The notes beneath the pieces are model-generated. The model did not search any database. It saw nothing but the letters and a program-made list of their open reading frames with translations, and was not told the DNA's origin. The position numbers and the translations under genes were made by a program. A stretch of DNA of 64,000 bases from a virus (taxonomy: Duplodnaviria > Caudoviricetes), in the IMG/VR virus record IMGVR_UViG_3300033407_000004, positions 1 to 64,000 of that record; one strand, given 5' to 3'. This document shows positions 36,547-46,481 of this stretch, one piece after another. Each line of letters starts with the position of its first letter. The first letter of the stretch is position 1.

Positions 36547-36790
36547 AAAAAAAAGAGCCTAGAAATTAATCTAGGCTCTCGATACGAGCGTTATGTTCGT
36601 GCCTTGCTTTACCCCTACAGCACCTGGTAAGCGTATAGTTTCCCCGCATATCGCGGTTCCATGGTCTTGATCCTACCGTCCGAGACGGAAGCAAGGCTAT
36701 TCAGTTTTCAGAGATCAGTGAAACAAAAAAAGGGCACCGAAATTAATCGATGCCCTTGAGACGAGCTTGGTGTGGTGCTATTCAGTTGTC
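36547..36790 (-). terminator. Two boxA-like + intrinsic terminator units upstream of scaffold/coat genes
   Basis: AACTGAATAG at 36778-36790 and 36697-36710; GGGCA..TGCCC-T7 and GAGCCTAG..CTAGGCTC-T8. Confidence 0.75.
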
Positions 36791-36848
36791 TGGAACTTCA
36801 AATGCTATTGCTTGCGCTTCGATGTCTTTACGATTGAGTATCCGAACA

Positions 36849-37181
36849 TTAATACTCCTTACCTTGGGAGATTTCTTCCCACAATCCAGGGTACTTCAAG
36901 TCAATAAATCTCTTGAGCTTGCTTGACATCTCTTTGACTGTGGCCTCCAATGATGCGCTGCTCGACTCCAGTTCATCAGCAACCGGCTTCATGGCGGCTG
37001 CGAGGTTTTCGTTGGCCTCATACATTTCAGCTTGCGCAAGTGCAAATGCTACCGCTGCTTCGCGCCGCTCATCTGCGCCAGCGGGTGTATTCCGCATAGA
37101 GGCGTACTGAAACTCTATGCGCTTGTCCTCTGCGATTATTGCGAGCTTTTTGATTTTTTCTATTTGCGCTTCGTTCATCAA
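36849..37181 (-). CDS. Hypothetical protein
   Basis: Coiled-coil ORF in co-oriented string. Confidence 0.5.
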   Translation of the reverse strand: MMNEAQIEKIKKLAIIAEDKRIEFQYASMRNTPAGADERREAAVAFALAQAEMYEANENLAAAMKPVADELESSSASLEATVKEMSSKLKRFIDLKYPGLWEEISQGKEY

Positions 37182-37190
37182 TTCACCCCA

Positions 37191-37472
37191 TCACTCCCAG
37201 ATTATATCAAACCCGCACGAACGGTTGATGCCATTTTCGTACCCGTCTGGAAAACCTGTTTTTGACAATGTAACGGTTCTGCCTTCCTTGGAAACCCCGC
37301 TTAAATCATATTCTGTTTTCAAAGGTAACAACATTTCTATGATAGGCATGGAAATGTTAAACAATTCATCTTTTTCACAAAGGAATTGCTCAATTAAATC
37401 CATCCTGTCAATCGCGGTTTCTGTTTTCTTGTAAAACATTACTCTTTCCATTATAGTCTCAATTTGACCCAT
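37191..37472 (-). CDS. Hypothetical protein
   Basis: Packed ORF. Confidence 0.4.
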   Translation of the reverse strand: MGQIETIMERVMFYKKTETAIDRMDLIEQFLCEKDELFNISMPIIEMLLPLKTEYDLSGVSKEGRTVTLSKTGFPDGYENGINRSCGFDIIWE

Positions 37473-37668
37473 GCACCGCCGTAATCATCCGGCAAGCCCT
37501 TTTATTCTTCTTCTTGGCGTCCAACTCCAAACGCCTTACCCCTGTCTCTATGTCGCCGGTGATCGTATATACATCGCAATCGCGGTTGTAGCATCGAAGA
37601 GAATATCCCCGATCTGCCTTCCCAAGCGTCTTCCCGCACAAGCAGTAAACCGGCTTCATTTCAGGCAA
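37459..37668 (-). CDS. Small Zn-finger-like protein
   Basis: CLCG...CYNRDC. Confidence 0.5.
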   Translation of the reverse strand: MPEMKPVYCLCGKTLGKADRGYSLRCYNRDCDVYTITGDIETGVRRLELDAKKKNKRACRMITAVHGSN

Positions 37669-37724
37669 CTTAGTATCTCCTTACTGTTTATCACAAATGT
37701 AGAAAAATGCAAGAGAAAAATGAA

Positions 37725-37928
37725 TTAATCGCACTTCTCTGGACCGCCCTTTGCCTTGATCTCTACCTTCGCCGGGGTCTCAACTTCTGTGAGACCTAGG
37801 TGAGCAAGGAGCCTGTTGTGTTTTTCCTTCAGTTCGGAATATGTGTTTATCAATGCTGCAATTTGCACATCATGCCGTCTGTCACGTTCGGCAATCCATT
37901 GGTCGAATTTATTGCGTGTCACAAACAT
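37725..37928 (-). CDS. Hypothetical protein
   Basis: GGAGG RBS, packed ORF. Confidence 0.5.
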   Translation of the reverse strand: MFVTRNKFDQWIAERDRRHDVQIAALINTYSELKEKHNRLLAHLGLTEVETPAKVEIKAKGGPEKCD

Positions 37929-37938
37929 AATCCCTCCA

Positions 37939-38136
37939 TTAAATCCACTCCGCCTGCTGCTGAATTTTCCACTTCAAGTCTTGTTCGTCCAACCAGAGAT
38001 CGACATTACACCCCCTGCAATGCTTCCGGTACTCTTCGAGCTTCTTGCGACTCACAGTGTATGCCAACCTGACAGGTATCCCATATTGAAGCGCCACGCT
38101 TATCTGCCATGCAGTTGCGCGAGGCGGTCGCTTCAT
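37939..38136 (-). CDS. Hypothetical protein
   Basis: Overlapping stop/start with neighbour. Confidence 0.45.
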   Translation of the reverse strand: MKRPPRATAWQISVALQYGIPVRLAYTVSRKKLEEYRKHCRGCNVDLWLDEQDLKWKIQQQAEWI

Positions 38137-38357
38137 TTGGGTGGCTCCGCTGCGATCCCGCTAGCCATTCGCCTATTCAGCCGATGCAGCACGATCTTCG
38201 CGCAATAGCCGACGCTCAGTCCTGTTTTCAGCGAGACAACTGCCGCCTGCCGCGCAAGCTCCTGTGTTGCCATGCTCATTGCGCTGTCGAGATGCTTCTT
38301 ATCCTTGGCTGCGATCATGAGTCCGGAGTCTTTTGGGATGGCGGCTAGTGTGCTCAT
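38133..38357 (-). CDS. Hypothetical protein
   Basis: Overlapping stop/start with neighbours. Confidence 0.45.
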   Translation of the reverse strand: MSTLAAIPKDSGLMIAAKDKKHLDSAMSMATQELARQAAVVSLKTGLSVGYCAKIVLHRLNRRMASGIAAEPPK

Positions 38358-38797
38358 TTAAAATCAAACGCCTCCACGCCGTTCCCGCATCCCGTAGAAT
38401 ACTTGCTGGCTATCACAACGGCCTTCCGCGCGTCGGCGCCCATTGCCAGCGCTCCCATCGCGAAATCTCTCCCGCTTCCCCATGCCATGAACGTATCCAG
38501 GACTTCGATGGCTACTGGCTGCTTCTCATAGAAGAAACACTTTCCGCTTTTAGCTACGATCAGCCGGCACCATTCGTCCTTGTCGTCTTGGAATTTCGGC
38601 CATGCTGATTTTATGGCACCATTGTGATACCATTCGGTGAGGAGGATTCCTTCTGCCAGTCCGCCAGTACAGGCGCACACGGTCATTCCGTCCACTCCAT
38701 GCTTGACCCATATCTTCTGGGCCGTCGAGATCATGTCGGCGCACACGGAACGCCGGTCGGCTGCCAGTGTTTTACCGTCCCATACGACGACGCTCAT
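38354..38797 (-). CDS. HslV/proteasome-beta-like Ntn-hydrolase
   Basis: 'SVVVWDGKTLAADRRS', 'AWGSGRDFAMGAL..GAD..KAV..A'. Confidence 0.7.
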   Translation of the reverse strand: MSVVVWDGKTLAADRRSVCADMISTAQKIWVKHGVDGMTVCACTGGLAEGILLTEWYHNGAIKSAWPKFQDDKDEWCRLIVAKSGKCFFYEKQPVAIEVLDTFMAWGSGRDFAMGALAMGADARKAVVIASKYSTGCGNGVEAFDFK

Positions 38798-39261
38798 GAT
38801 TTCCCCGCAATCCCCAATATCACCTCAACGCACTGCCTTGTGCTTGGTGTGAGGATCATGTTCCCCTTGTTCTTCTCATACCACTCCTTCGCTTCCCACT
38901 TGCCCGTAATAGCCCGTCCCGCTCCCATCCAATCGGCTACCATTTCGAGTACGGCATTGTTCGGCATTGGTATCGGTTCGGTTGTTCCACGGTCCCACGT
39001 TATCAGCCAATATTGCCAGTGGTGTTTATTCCGCTTCTGGTGATCGTTCCATGCCCGCGTGAAAGCGCGTGACTCAACGTATTGGCTTGTCCCATCTGGA
39101 GCGTAGAATGCTCGTGCGTATGGCATCCATTCTGACGGCCTGAATTTGCTCAGGTCGTGAGTAATTGCCGCCCAGATAGGAGCGCCTATCTTTATACTGG
39201 CAACTAGCACGAACCATTTATGACGAAGAACATATTTTAAATAATTCCAATGGCGTTTCAT
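38794..39261 (-). CDS. DUF5662-like HD-type protein
   Basis: 'HDLSKF', 'HQKRNKHHWQYW', 'LEMVADWMGAG'. Confidence 0.7.
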   Translation of the reverse strand: MKRHWNYLKYVLRHKWFVLVASIKIGAPIWAAITHDLSKFRPSEWMPYARAFYAPDGTSQYVESRAFTRAWNDHQKRNKHHWQYWLITWDRGTTEPIPMPNNAVLEMVADWMGAGRAITGKWEAKEWYEKNKGNMILTPSTRQCVEVILGIAGKS

Positions 39262-39409
39262 CAACAATTCCCCCACTTCCCCGCCACCCACACAAACCCG
39301 CCCCAAACAGTGATGAACTCTTCCCGCTGGATCGGAGTTCCGCACCACCAGAAATTGCTAGTGGATTCCCATCGGTCGAGGGCGCGTTGTAAATCGGCAT
39401 GGTCTCCCA

Positions 39410-39685
39410 TCAACACATCATCCCTTCTCTCAAAACGTTCCCCTCCATCAGACAGCTAGGGCAACTCCTGGTCGGCACAATCACAGGCATAGACATCATG
39501 GCCTCAATGCTCTGCTCCCCGAGAAAAAATGCCACTCGCGCTAGATTCTCAGGCGTCTTGGGAATGAACCCCATCGACTCACAGTCCAGGCACTTCATGC
39601 CAATATGCGTCTTGAGTTGCTGCGTGCATGAGGGGCAAACCTCTTCTTCCCCGCCGAACATTTCACCGCAAAGATCGCATAGCAT
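39410..39685 (-). CDS. Cys-rich hypothetical protein
   Basis: Several CxxC pairs. Confidence 0.45.
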   Translation of the reverse strand: MLCDLCGEMFGGEEEVCPSCTQQLKTHIGMKCLDCESMGFIPKTPENLARVAFFLGEQSIEAMMSMPVIVPTRSCPSCLMEGNVLREGMMC

Positions 39686-39695
39686 GATAGGCTCC

Positions 39696-40445
39696 TTATG
39701 GCTTATCGGATACCGTTACCGAAATCCCTGTCTTTTTTATTCCGACTGTCATGACAATTATGTGCCCTGCTGATGTCAGTTCAATGTGGAACATGGCAGA
39801 CATGCCGTTTATTAAAATTCGATAACAGTATTGATACGCTTTTGGCATGGCAATATCAAACGTGTCGATTACGTTTTCACTTCGCTGATGCAGATTATTG
39901 GATAGGACGCGCATTGTTGGAGTAATGTGCTGTTCAACATATCGCTCTATAGATAGTTCGGTTTCTTTCTCAAATGGCATAGTCACACTGATATATTTAC
40001 CATCACCCGTATGCTTTTGATCGTGGTGAAAGATTATGTCTTTGCCAATTTCGTCAAACAATACACCCATAGACTCACGGGCAATGTTTTGGAGTACCTC
40101 TACTGTTAAGTCTTTTTCCAGCTTTTTCGATACATGATGCGGACGATTATTATTGACAGTGCCAATTTCACGCTGTTTCTTCGCATCTGCGAATCCGCGC
40201 ATCTGGCAGATAGCCCTTGTTTTGAACGGCTCAACATCTGGGATGTTACATGCAAGATGCAATATCGTTTCATCCAGGCTCAGCGGGCCGCCATCATCAT
40301 ATAGACTTGTCATGCCTCGATTGTACGCATGTTGGTACATCTCATGATGTTTGCTGTCAATGTTGAACATTTCGCATAGAAGGCCGTGCCAGCCTACTGT
40401 TTTAACAAACTGCCAAACTTCAGCATTGGATACTTTGCATATCAT
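39696..40445 (-). CDS. Hypothetical protein
   Basis: 249 aa, coupled to the portal stop. Confidence 0.55.
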   Translation of the reverse strand: MICKVSNAEVWQFVKTVGWHGLLCEMFNIDSKHHEMYQHAYNRGMTSLYDDGGPLSLDETILHLACNIPDVEPFKTRAICQMRGFADAKKQREIGTVNNNRPHHVSKKLEKDLTVEVLQNIARESMGVLFDEIGKDIIFHHDQKHTGDGKYISVTMPFEKETELSIERYVEQHITPTMRVLSNNLHQRSENVIDTFDIAMPKAYQYCYRILINGMSAMFHIELTSAGHIIVMTVGIKKTGISVTVSDKP

Positions 40446-42685
40446 TATGCGTTCCCCACCCTCACCTTGGCAATCGCCTGCGCTGTCGTCTGCGCAAACT
40501 CCGCCATCTGCTTCTTCAGCGCGTCCAACTCGGCTCTCAGTTCATCCGTGCTCTGCCCTGTAGCTGCCGCGCCGGCACTGATTTTGGCTTCCTCAATCTC
40601 ACCCTGAGCCTTCAGCGTTTCAACTGCCGTCCGCCTGTCAATCTCGTATTTCTTCATGTCGAGGTCGGCCTGACGATTCTTGAGTACAGCGTTAAGCTTT
40701 TCAACTTCCGTCATCAACTCCTGAATTTTCTGCTCAGCTGCCTGCATGGCCGGCATGGTCTGAGCTTGTAGCTGCTGAATGGTCTGCTCAACCGCTGTCT
40801 TGATCTTCTGCTGAATCTGCGCCTGCTCGTCGCCGGTGGCAGAATCTAGCAGCCCCTCGTATTTAATGTTGATTAGGGCCTTGATTCTATTCTCTGCCTC
40901 TTCGGCATACGCGAAATCCATCGATCTGAGTGCCAAATCACCAATGATCAACCCCAACTCGGGGTTGCGGTTTGACAGGTCGGATAGGTACGCGGTCGCT
41001 TCCAGGCTGCGCGTTTTGAACGACGGCCCGGTCGTGACCTCTGTGTCAAAATCCGCCTTCCGAACGTCGTTAACCCACTCCTCGATCACGTTTCCGTCGC
41101 CGTCTGAGGTAGGTTTCGGCTGATTGATAACAACCGGCTCCTTCGGTTTCCAGTCATCCCCGATGATGCGCAACATCATTTCGTAATCGTAGACTTTTGG
41201 TATCCCGCTGCGGATGATGCGCGTCTGGTGGTCTACGGCGGCCTCGATGTTGGCAAGAATCTCATAGTGTGGGTTGCTGTCCTGCTGCGCTTTCGCCATG
41301 ATTGCGCGGCCGGACTCCTGGGGGCCTTGCTGTCCGAGCGTTGCCTCGTGGAATGAGGTGAGGTCTTTGACCAGATCGCTCCAAATATTGACCATCTGGA
41401 GAATCTGCGCGGTGTTCGCGTTGTTTTGTATCTCTGTCGGGCGCCCGCCAGGTACAGAGGCATCGTATTCGTACCACAACACTTTTTCGCCGACACGTTT
41501 TCGCCATCCCTCTGCGGCTGGGCTATTTGGTGGTATCATTTTAGGCGTCGCCATCACTTGCTGACCGGTAATGACCATCTGCGCGGCCTCCGAACTCCAG
41601 AGGTCCAGTAGCAGATTGGCGTCAAACCCTTCGTCAAAAACCCCGTGATACATTTTTCTGCCAGACTCGTCGTAGTCGTATTTCCCCTCGTATACTGCGA
41701 TAGGGATGCGGTCGAACAGGACAGGCTCCGGCCCTTGCAGTATCTCGCGGCTGTTTATGATGTAGTGGCTGATCGTGTAGATCGTGACGTTTTTGCGCTC
41801 TTTGAGGACTTGGATCTTCACGCCTGCCCGTTTTGCATCAGCCGCAATGTTTTTGTGCTCCTTGCTGCCCTTCTCGACGGCTTTTGTGAGCTTCACCCCA
41901 TTGAGCGCCAGAATCAGCACGGTGGCTTGCCGCGGCTCCACGTCGTAATAGCCCGCGATGCGGATTGTCTTGTCGCCCCACCATGCTTTCTCTGTGGCCA
42001 GCGCGTCCTTGAACCCTATCCGCTGCCCCTTTGGGAATTTCCGCTCATACTCGGCGCGGGGAAGATCCTCGATCACGAATCCCCACTTGCGGCCTCCGCG
42101 ATCAGGGACATCGGCATTCCCGTGCGGGTCGAGGATCACGCTTTCCTGCGTGCGGAAACGCCTGACGTATATCTCCTGGTCTGTGGCTAGCGCATCGGGA
42201 TAGGCATGATAGACTTCGTGATAGTCCGGGTAGCCTGCCGTGGCAACGGATTTGATCGTGTCCCTGTTGAGGTCTTGCACGCGGGAATTGGCCTCAATGC
42301 GCCTGAGAATCGATGTGCCAATACTGCCCAACTTCTTATCAGGCTTGCCACCGTCGAACCCGGTAATGCGGCCCTGGGGCATGGTCTGCATGGCCTTACC
42401 GACAAAATTGTTGCGGAATACACGACCGAAATTGTGCTCGATGCAGATTTGGCCTTCACCCTCCCGCAACTTCCGCATGTCTTCCGGCCAGTGTTTATTG
42501 TCCTCGTTGATGAATTTCCGCTTTTTTTTCATCTCCTCGATCTGAGGGCCGTAATACTCCACGCCCTCTGCATAGCGCTTCATGGCGAGGTCAATAAATG
42601 CCTGGTCGCGGGAGGTGACTTCCTCAGCGGGTGGGTCGGTTGGCGTTTCGCCAGATTCCTTTTTCAGTTCTTCTTCGGTTTGCAC
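40445..42685 (-). CDS. Portal protein, P22-like
   Basis: 746 aa after terminase; 'NLLLDLWSSE', 'ESGRAIMAKAQQ', 'FDTEVTTGPSFKTR', C-terminal coiled-coil barrel. Confidence 0.9.
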   Translation of the reverse strand: MQTEEELKKESGETPTDPPAEEVTSRDQAFIDLAMKRYAEGVEYYGPQIEEMKKKRKFINEDNKHWPEDMRKLREGEGQICIEHNFGRVFRNNFVGKAMQTMPQGRITGFDGGKPDKKLGSIGTSILRRIEANSRVQDLNRDTIKSVATAGYPDYHEVYHAYPDALATDQEIYVRRFRTQESVILDPHGNADVPDRGGRKWGFVIEDLPRAEYERKFPKGQRIGFKDALATEKAWWGDKTIRIAGYYDVEPRQATVLILALNGVKLTKAVEKGSKEHKNIAADAKRAGVKIQVLKERKNVTIYTISHYIINSREILQGPEPVLFDRIPIAVYEGKYDYDESGRKMYHGVFDEGFDANLLLDLWSSEAAQMVITGQQVMATPKMIPPNSPAAEGWRKRVGEKVLWYEYDASVPGGRPTEIQNNANTAQILQMVNIWSDLVKDLTSFHEATLGQQGPQESGRAIMAKAQQDSNPHYEILANIEAAVDHQTRIIRSGIPKVYDYEMMLRIIGDDWKPKEPVVINQPKPTSDGDGNVIEEWVNDVRKADFDTEVTTGPSFKTRSLEATAYLSDLSNRNPELGLIIGDLALRSMDFAYAEEAENRIKALINIKYEGLLDSATGDEQAQIQQKIKTAVEQTIQQLQAQTMPAMQAAEQKIQELMTEVEKLNAVLKNRQADLDMKKYEIDRRTAVETLKAQGEIEEAKISAGAAATGQSTDELRAELDALKKQMAEFAQTTAQAIAKVRVGNA

Positions 42686-42889
42686 GGGGTCTCCTGTTGC
42701 GGACTGAATAAATACGATTTATCTTTTTCGTTCCATTCTATGGAATAAGTCCCGATTTTAGGATCGCGGATAATATGTTTTTTGTTTGTAATAGGCATTA
42801 CAACCCCTCGGTGCTCGTAATAATTCAGCAAATACTGGTAGTGGCCCTGAGCGGCGAGGCCATTCATGATCATCATTCTTGCGACAATA

Positions 42890-43084
42890 TCAGCGTGATT
42901 GCTTTCCATGGCCCTTTTTTCCTGAATACTGCCGCGCCCTATCAACCATTTTCTGCATTGCCTTCTCCGGGTCTGGATCGTTGCCGAACCACACATCGGC
43001 CACCATGCCTGTCAGTTCTCGTCCAGCGTTAAGCGCCTCGTTGATGTCGGGCAATGAGGATAGGTTGTTTCGCCAATCATTCAT
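42890..43084 (-). CDS. Hypothetical protein
   Basis: Short ORF between terminase and portal. Confidence 0.35.
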   Translation of the reverse strand: MNDWRNNLSSLPDINEALNAGRELTGMVADVWFGNDPDPEKAMQKMVDRARQYSGKKGHGKQSR

Positions 43085-43237
43085 GCTTTAAATGAGCCCC
43101 CATGCCGGAACGCATCATTTTCTTTTTTGCACAAATTCACAAGCCTATCGTACTCGGGCTTGATTTTCGCCAATGCCTCATGCGGACAAATTCCCCGCTC
43201 ATGTGTATTGCTGCCGCAGTATCCGCACGTCATGCCC

Positions 43238-44608
43238 TCATCTCCTCGCAAACAGCCCGGCGCCCGTGATGTGGGGAGGGGTGACGGGACCAGTCCCGCT
43301 ACCTGCCTTGAGTTTATCGACGTACCCGACCGCAAATGTCCGAAACCCATCTGATCCGTGAGAGGTCCAATCATGCACGGGCCTGTTGTGCAGGATTTTC
43401 TTTTCCTCGTCATACTCGCTATGGTATCCATCCAGGGCGGCGATTCCACGAGCGCATTTTTCCTCATCGAACCAGCACGAGCCGAGAACATTACGCACTG
43501 CCGGGATATGCACGTTGATGATAATGTCCATGTTTTTGGCACGAGTCACAACCTGAACCGGCTTGACGCCGAGGGCTTCAGCCACTTCCTTGCGTGTTTT
43601 AGGTATCTCTCCGTTGGTCATTTCGCGCTGATCCGCATCGTGCGGCATGATGTGGCCGCCGTAAACGTAGGGCTTTCCCTTTAGGACCTTGGCGTAATGC
43701 TCCAGTCCATAGTTGGAGTTCTCGTAGTAGTCAATCATGTTGAACGATTTTCCGATAGGCTGAAAAAACCAGATTGTCATGGAGTCGTCAAGACCCAAGT
43801 CCCATGCGGTGAAAACCTCTTGCCCTGGCTGGTGAGGAACACGAGTTATGCGGCCTTCCTTGCGAGCGGCGGCCATTTGCTTGGCATAATACGCACCTTG
43901 TACCGCTGCCTCAAACGAGCAATAGAACTCTTGGTCTATCATTTCATCGCTCATGCCGGCCGCCCGTTCGGCCTCGACTATTGCCAGCGGAACAACAGGG
44001 GTTCCGTCCTCGCGCTTCGTGTCAGATACCGTCAACCGCTCGCAAAACCATTCCGGGTTTCGCTTTGCCATCTCGTAGAGCGTGTATCCGTGGTTTCGGC
44101 CACGAGGGGTATAGATAAACACGGCCCATCCGCCATTCTCTGCCAAAATAGGCCGCACGTAATCCCAGGCACGGGAGTCCTGAAGAGAATATTCAGAGAA
44201 TACGCATCCTACTGGATTTGTCCCCATTATCGAATCATAGTTATCCGATCCAACAATCTGAACAATACTTCCGTTGCAAATTACAACCTTTAATTCCGTG
44301 TCATTTTTTTTAACTATTGATTGAGGTGGGAAGTGATCTAGGAACTTAAGGCCGGTCTGGGAATCTATGCCATCCCAAATGACCATTCGCCCCTGTCGAT
44401 ATGTGGGGAAAAAATAATAGTATACGCCTTTTTTCTTTAATGCTTCCGATACTACTTTGTTAAATGCACATTTATCTTTTCCTGCTCTTCGATGATGAAC
44501 AAAAACGCCCCTCTTGAAGCGACCAGGGATAGCGCCCATAAGGTTTAATTGATACCCGCGAGGACTAAAGAGATGGGGTATGCGTATTTTTTCTTCTGCG
44601 ACGCTCAA
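43238..44608 (-). CDS. terL: Terminase large subunit
   Basis: 'HRRAGKD' Walker A, 'VFSEY' Walker B, 'AWDLG', 'HDWTSHGSDGFR'. Confidence 0.92.
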   Translation of the reverse strand: MSVAEEKIRIPHLFSPRGYQLNLMGAIPGRFKRGVFVHHRRAGKDKCAFNKVVSEALKKKGVYYYFFPTYRQGRMVIWDGIDSQTGLKFLDHFPPQSIVKKNDTELKVVICNGSIVQIVGSDNYDSIMGTNPVGCVFSEYSLQDSRAWDYVRPILAENGGWAVFIYTPRGRNHGYTLYEMAKRNPEWFCERLTVSDTKREDGTPVVPLAIVEAERAAGMSDEMIDQEFYCSFEAAVQGAYYAKQMAAARKEGRITRVPHQPGQEVFTAWDLGLDDSMTIWFFQPIGKSFNMIDYYENSNYGLEHYAKVLKGKPYVYGGHIMPHDADQREMTNGEIPKTRKEVAEALGVKPVQVVTRAKNMDIIINVHIPAVRNVLGSCWFDEEKCARGIAALDGYHSEYDEEKKILHNRPVHDWTSHGSDGFRTFAVGYVDKLKAGSGTGPVTPPHITGAGLFARR

Positions 44609-44984
44609 TTTCTTTGATCCAGTTGCAGTTTGCGCATAGCACTTGATACCCCTTTGGGAAATTGTGCTGCCTTATCCACCGATAATAGTCTGCACCCGCT
44701 GCCGTGCGCTTTCCATGAGTTGCCCTTCGCTTATTCGCCCCGTCATCGTTGACATGATCAATTTGAAGCGCCCTTATATCGCTATACCCGCACCCACCAC
44801 AACACATGGTCCCGTTGCTATAGTGAGAAATGACTTCTAATTTAAGCCGCTCTCTTTCCAGCCTATTCTGCTCAATGTCCCACTCTTTGTTCTTGATTCT
44901 CCAATCCCTAGAATACTGCCGAACCTTTTCGCGATTGTTATCGCGATACTTTCGCATATATTCTTTTGTTTCTTCATTTGTCAT
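44565..44984 (-). CDS. HNH endonuclease-like protein between terS and terL
   Basis: CCGGCG..'LQIDHVNDDG'..'VLCANCN'. Confidence 0.75.
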   Translation of the reverse strand: MTNEETKEYMRKYRDNNREKVRQYSRDWRIKNKEWDIEQNRLERERLKLEVISHYSNGTMCCGGCGYSDIRALQIDHVNDDGANKRRATHGKRTAAGADYYRWIRQHNFPKGYQVLCANCNWIKEIERRRRKNTHTPSL

Positions 44985-45558
44985 TTTTTTGAGTCACGCT
45001 CTTTGAATAGTCTATGATTTCATAGGACACATTGCCGGAGTGTTTGACTTCCTGCTTCTCTGCCGGGTAATAATCCAGGAGCTTTGATATCTCTTTCAGT
45101 GCTGCAACTTTGTCGTGTAGCCCGAACTCCATAGCGACATCAATGATTGTTTCGTCGCCTTCGCCAGTGTTGTCGGCGCGAAGTGACCTCTTTTCTTTGA
45201 GTTTGTTAATTGCGCGGGTTGACTTCGGATGATCCCGCAAAACATCTGAGAAAGGATGCACTTTAACCACGCTGCCTTCGAGGACTTCCGCGTAGTCTGC
45301 TATGTCGGAAAGCCCGATAATTGCCAACTCCTCAAGCACACGTTCTTTAGTCACTCCGATCTTCTCTTCGGCCTTTTGCTTCAACTCTTCCAAGCGGCGT
45401 CTAACCTTTACATCACTCAACAGCCGTGATACTTGAGTGTCGAGACCCCTACCGTTCTTTACGCCCGCAAATAGCGCGGCTTCACGGCCATTCATGCAGG
45501 AAAAAAACTTGACCGCAAACTTCTCTCTCTTTATGTCAGCCTTTGTCTGAGAACCCAT
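44974..45558 (-). CDS. terS: Terminase small subunit
   Basis: N-terminal HTH 'NGREAALFAG..SRLL..VKV', 'KERVLEELAIIG', 'LHDKVAAL'. Confidence 0.85.
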   Translation of the reverse strand: MGSQTKADIKREKFAVKFFSCMNGREAALFAGVKNGRGLDTQVSRLLSDVKVRRRLEELKQKAEEKIGVTKERVLEELAIIGLSDIADYAEVLEGSVVKVHPFSDVLRDHPKSTRAINKLKEKRSLRADNTGEGDETIIDVAMEFGLHDKVAALKEISKLLDYYPAEKQEVKHSGNVSYEIIDYSKSVTQKNDK

Positions 45559-45662
45559 AACTTAATCTTCCCACTTCTTTTTGTTTCCCTCGCGTCTCCC
45601 GCCCGTGGAGACTCCGCATATTTCCCTTTAAAATCGACTAAACAGCTTTTTGTGGGTTTTGG

Positions 45663-45962
45663 TTATTCTTCCCACTCAATCGTGATCGTTGCGCGTTCGG
45701 GAATAGCACAATCCCCCGTTTTCTGGCCGCGCTCCTCTTTCCACCTCAACATTCGTCCGCCATACGGAAACGGGATAACTTCCCTGTGCTTTGTACTCAC
45801 AACCGCCCAATCCTTTGCCAGCAATGTTTCGTCCCCGCTGAATGCGGCCAGAACATGCACTAACAGCGCCCCTGTGCGCTTTGTAAACGACATGGAATGA
45901 CAGCTCGGGCTCGCTATTAACTGCCCATCTTTTGCCGCTTCCCATGCCTCGATGATATTCAT
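45663..45962 (-). CDS. Hypothetical protein
   Basis: Co-oriented ORF. Confidence 0.45.
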   Translation of the reverse strand: MNIIEAWEAAKDGQLIASPSCHSMSFTKRTGALLVHVLAAFSGDETLLAKDWAVVSTKHREVIPFPYGGRMLRWKEERGQKTGDCAIPERATITIEWEE

Positions 45963-46049
45963 GCCGCGTTCCGCCTTCGATCGCTCGCATCAGCAATCGT
46001 CTGGTCCCGAAATGCCTTGTCGTGGAACAGTTTGTCAGTGAAGTCTTCC

Positions 46050-46244
46050 CTATGCGCCATGGATCCCCTCTTCCCTCAGCACGTCTGTAATCGCCCTCGG
46101 CGTCCGCCGCTCATGCCGCGCAAGCGCTTTTTCCAACCGGATGATTACGATCCTTGCGGATGCCAGCGGACCGAACGCGACCAGCACAATGCCCAGCGCG
46201 AGAGCAACGATAACCGCAGCCGCAATGTACGGGAGGTCGATCAT
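46050..46244 (-). CDS. Small membrane protein
   Basis: N-terminal hydrophobic helix. Confidence 0.45.
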   Translation of the reverse strand: MIDLPYIAAAVIVALALGIVLVAFGPLASARIVIIRLEKALARHERRTPRAITDVLREEGIHGA

Positions 46245-46388
46245 GCAGCTCGGACCTCCTCGTGCAGACGATCCAGAGCCTTGATCAACTGATCATCCGG
46301 CACCGGCACGAACCGCATAACTGCGTTCGTTATTTTCTCTACCTGATCCTGGGTCATGGCGATTCTCAAAATCAACCCTCATTCGCAC

Positions 46389-46425
46389 AAAAAAAGCGAC
46401 CCCGGAGTTGTCCCGGAGGACTCGC
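46389..46425 (-). terminator. Probable intrinsic terminator ahead of late genes
   Basis: GCGAGTCCTCCGG..CCGGGGTCGC followed by T7. Confidence 0.55.
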
Positions 46426-46481
46426 AACGGAATCGCTATATCAGACTACATTAAACACTGTTTTCATCAATAAATCCAATG

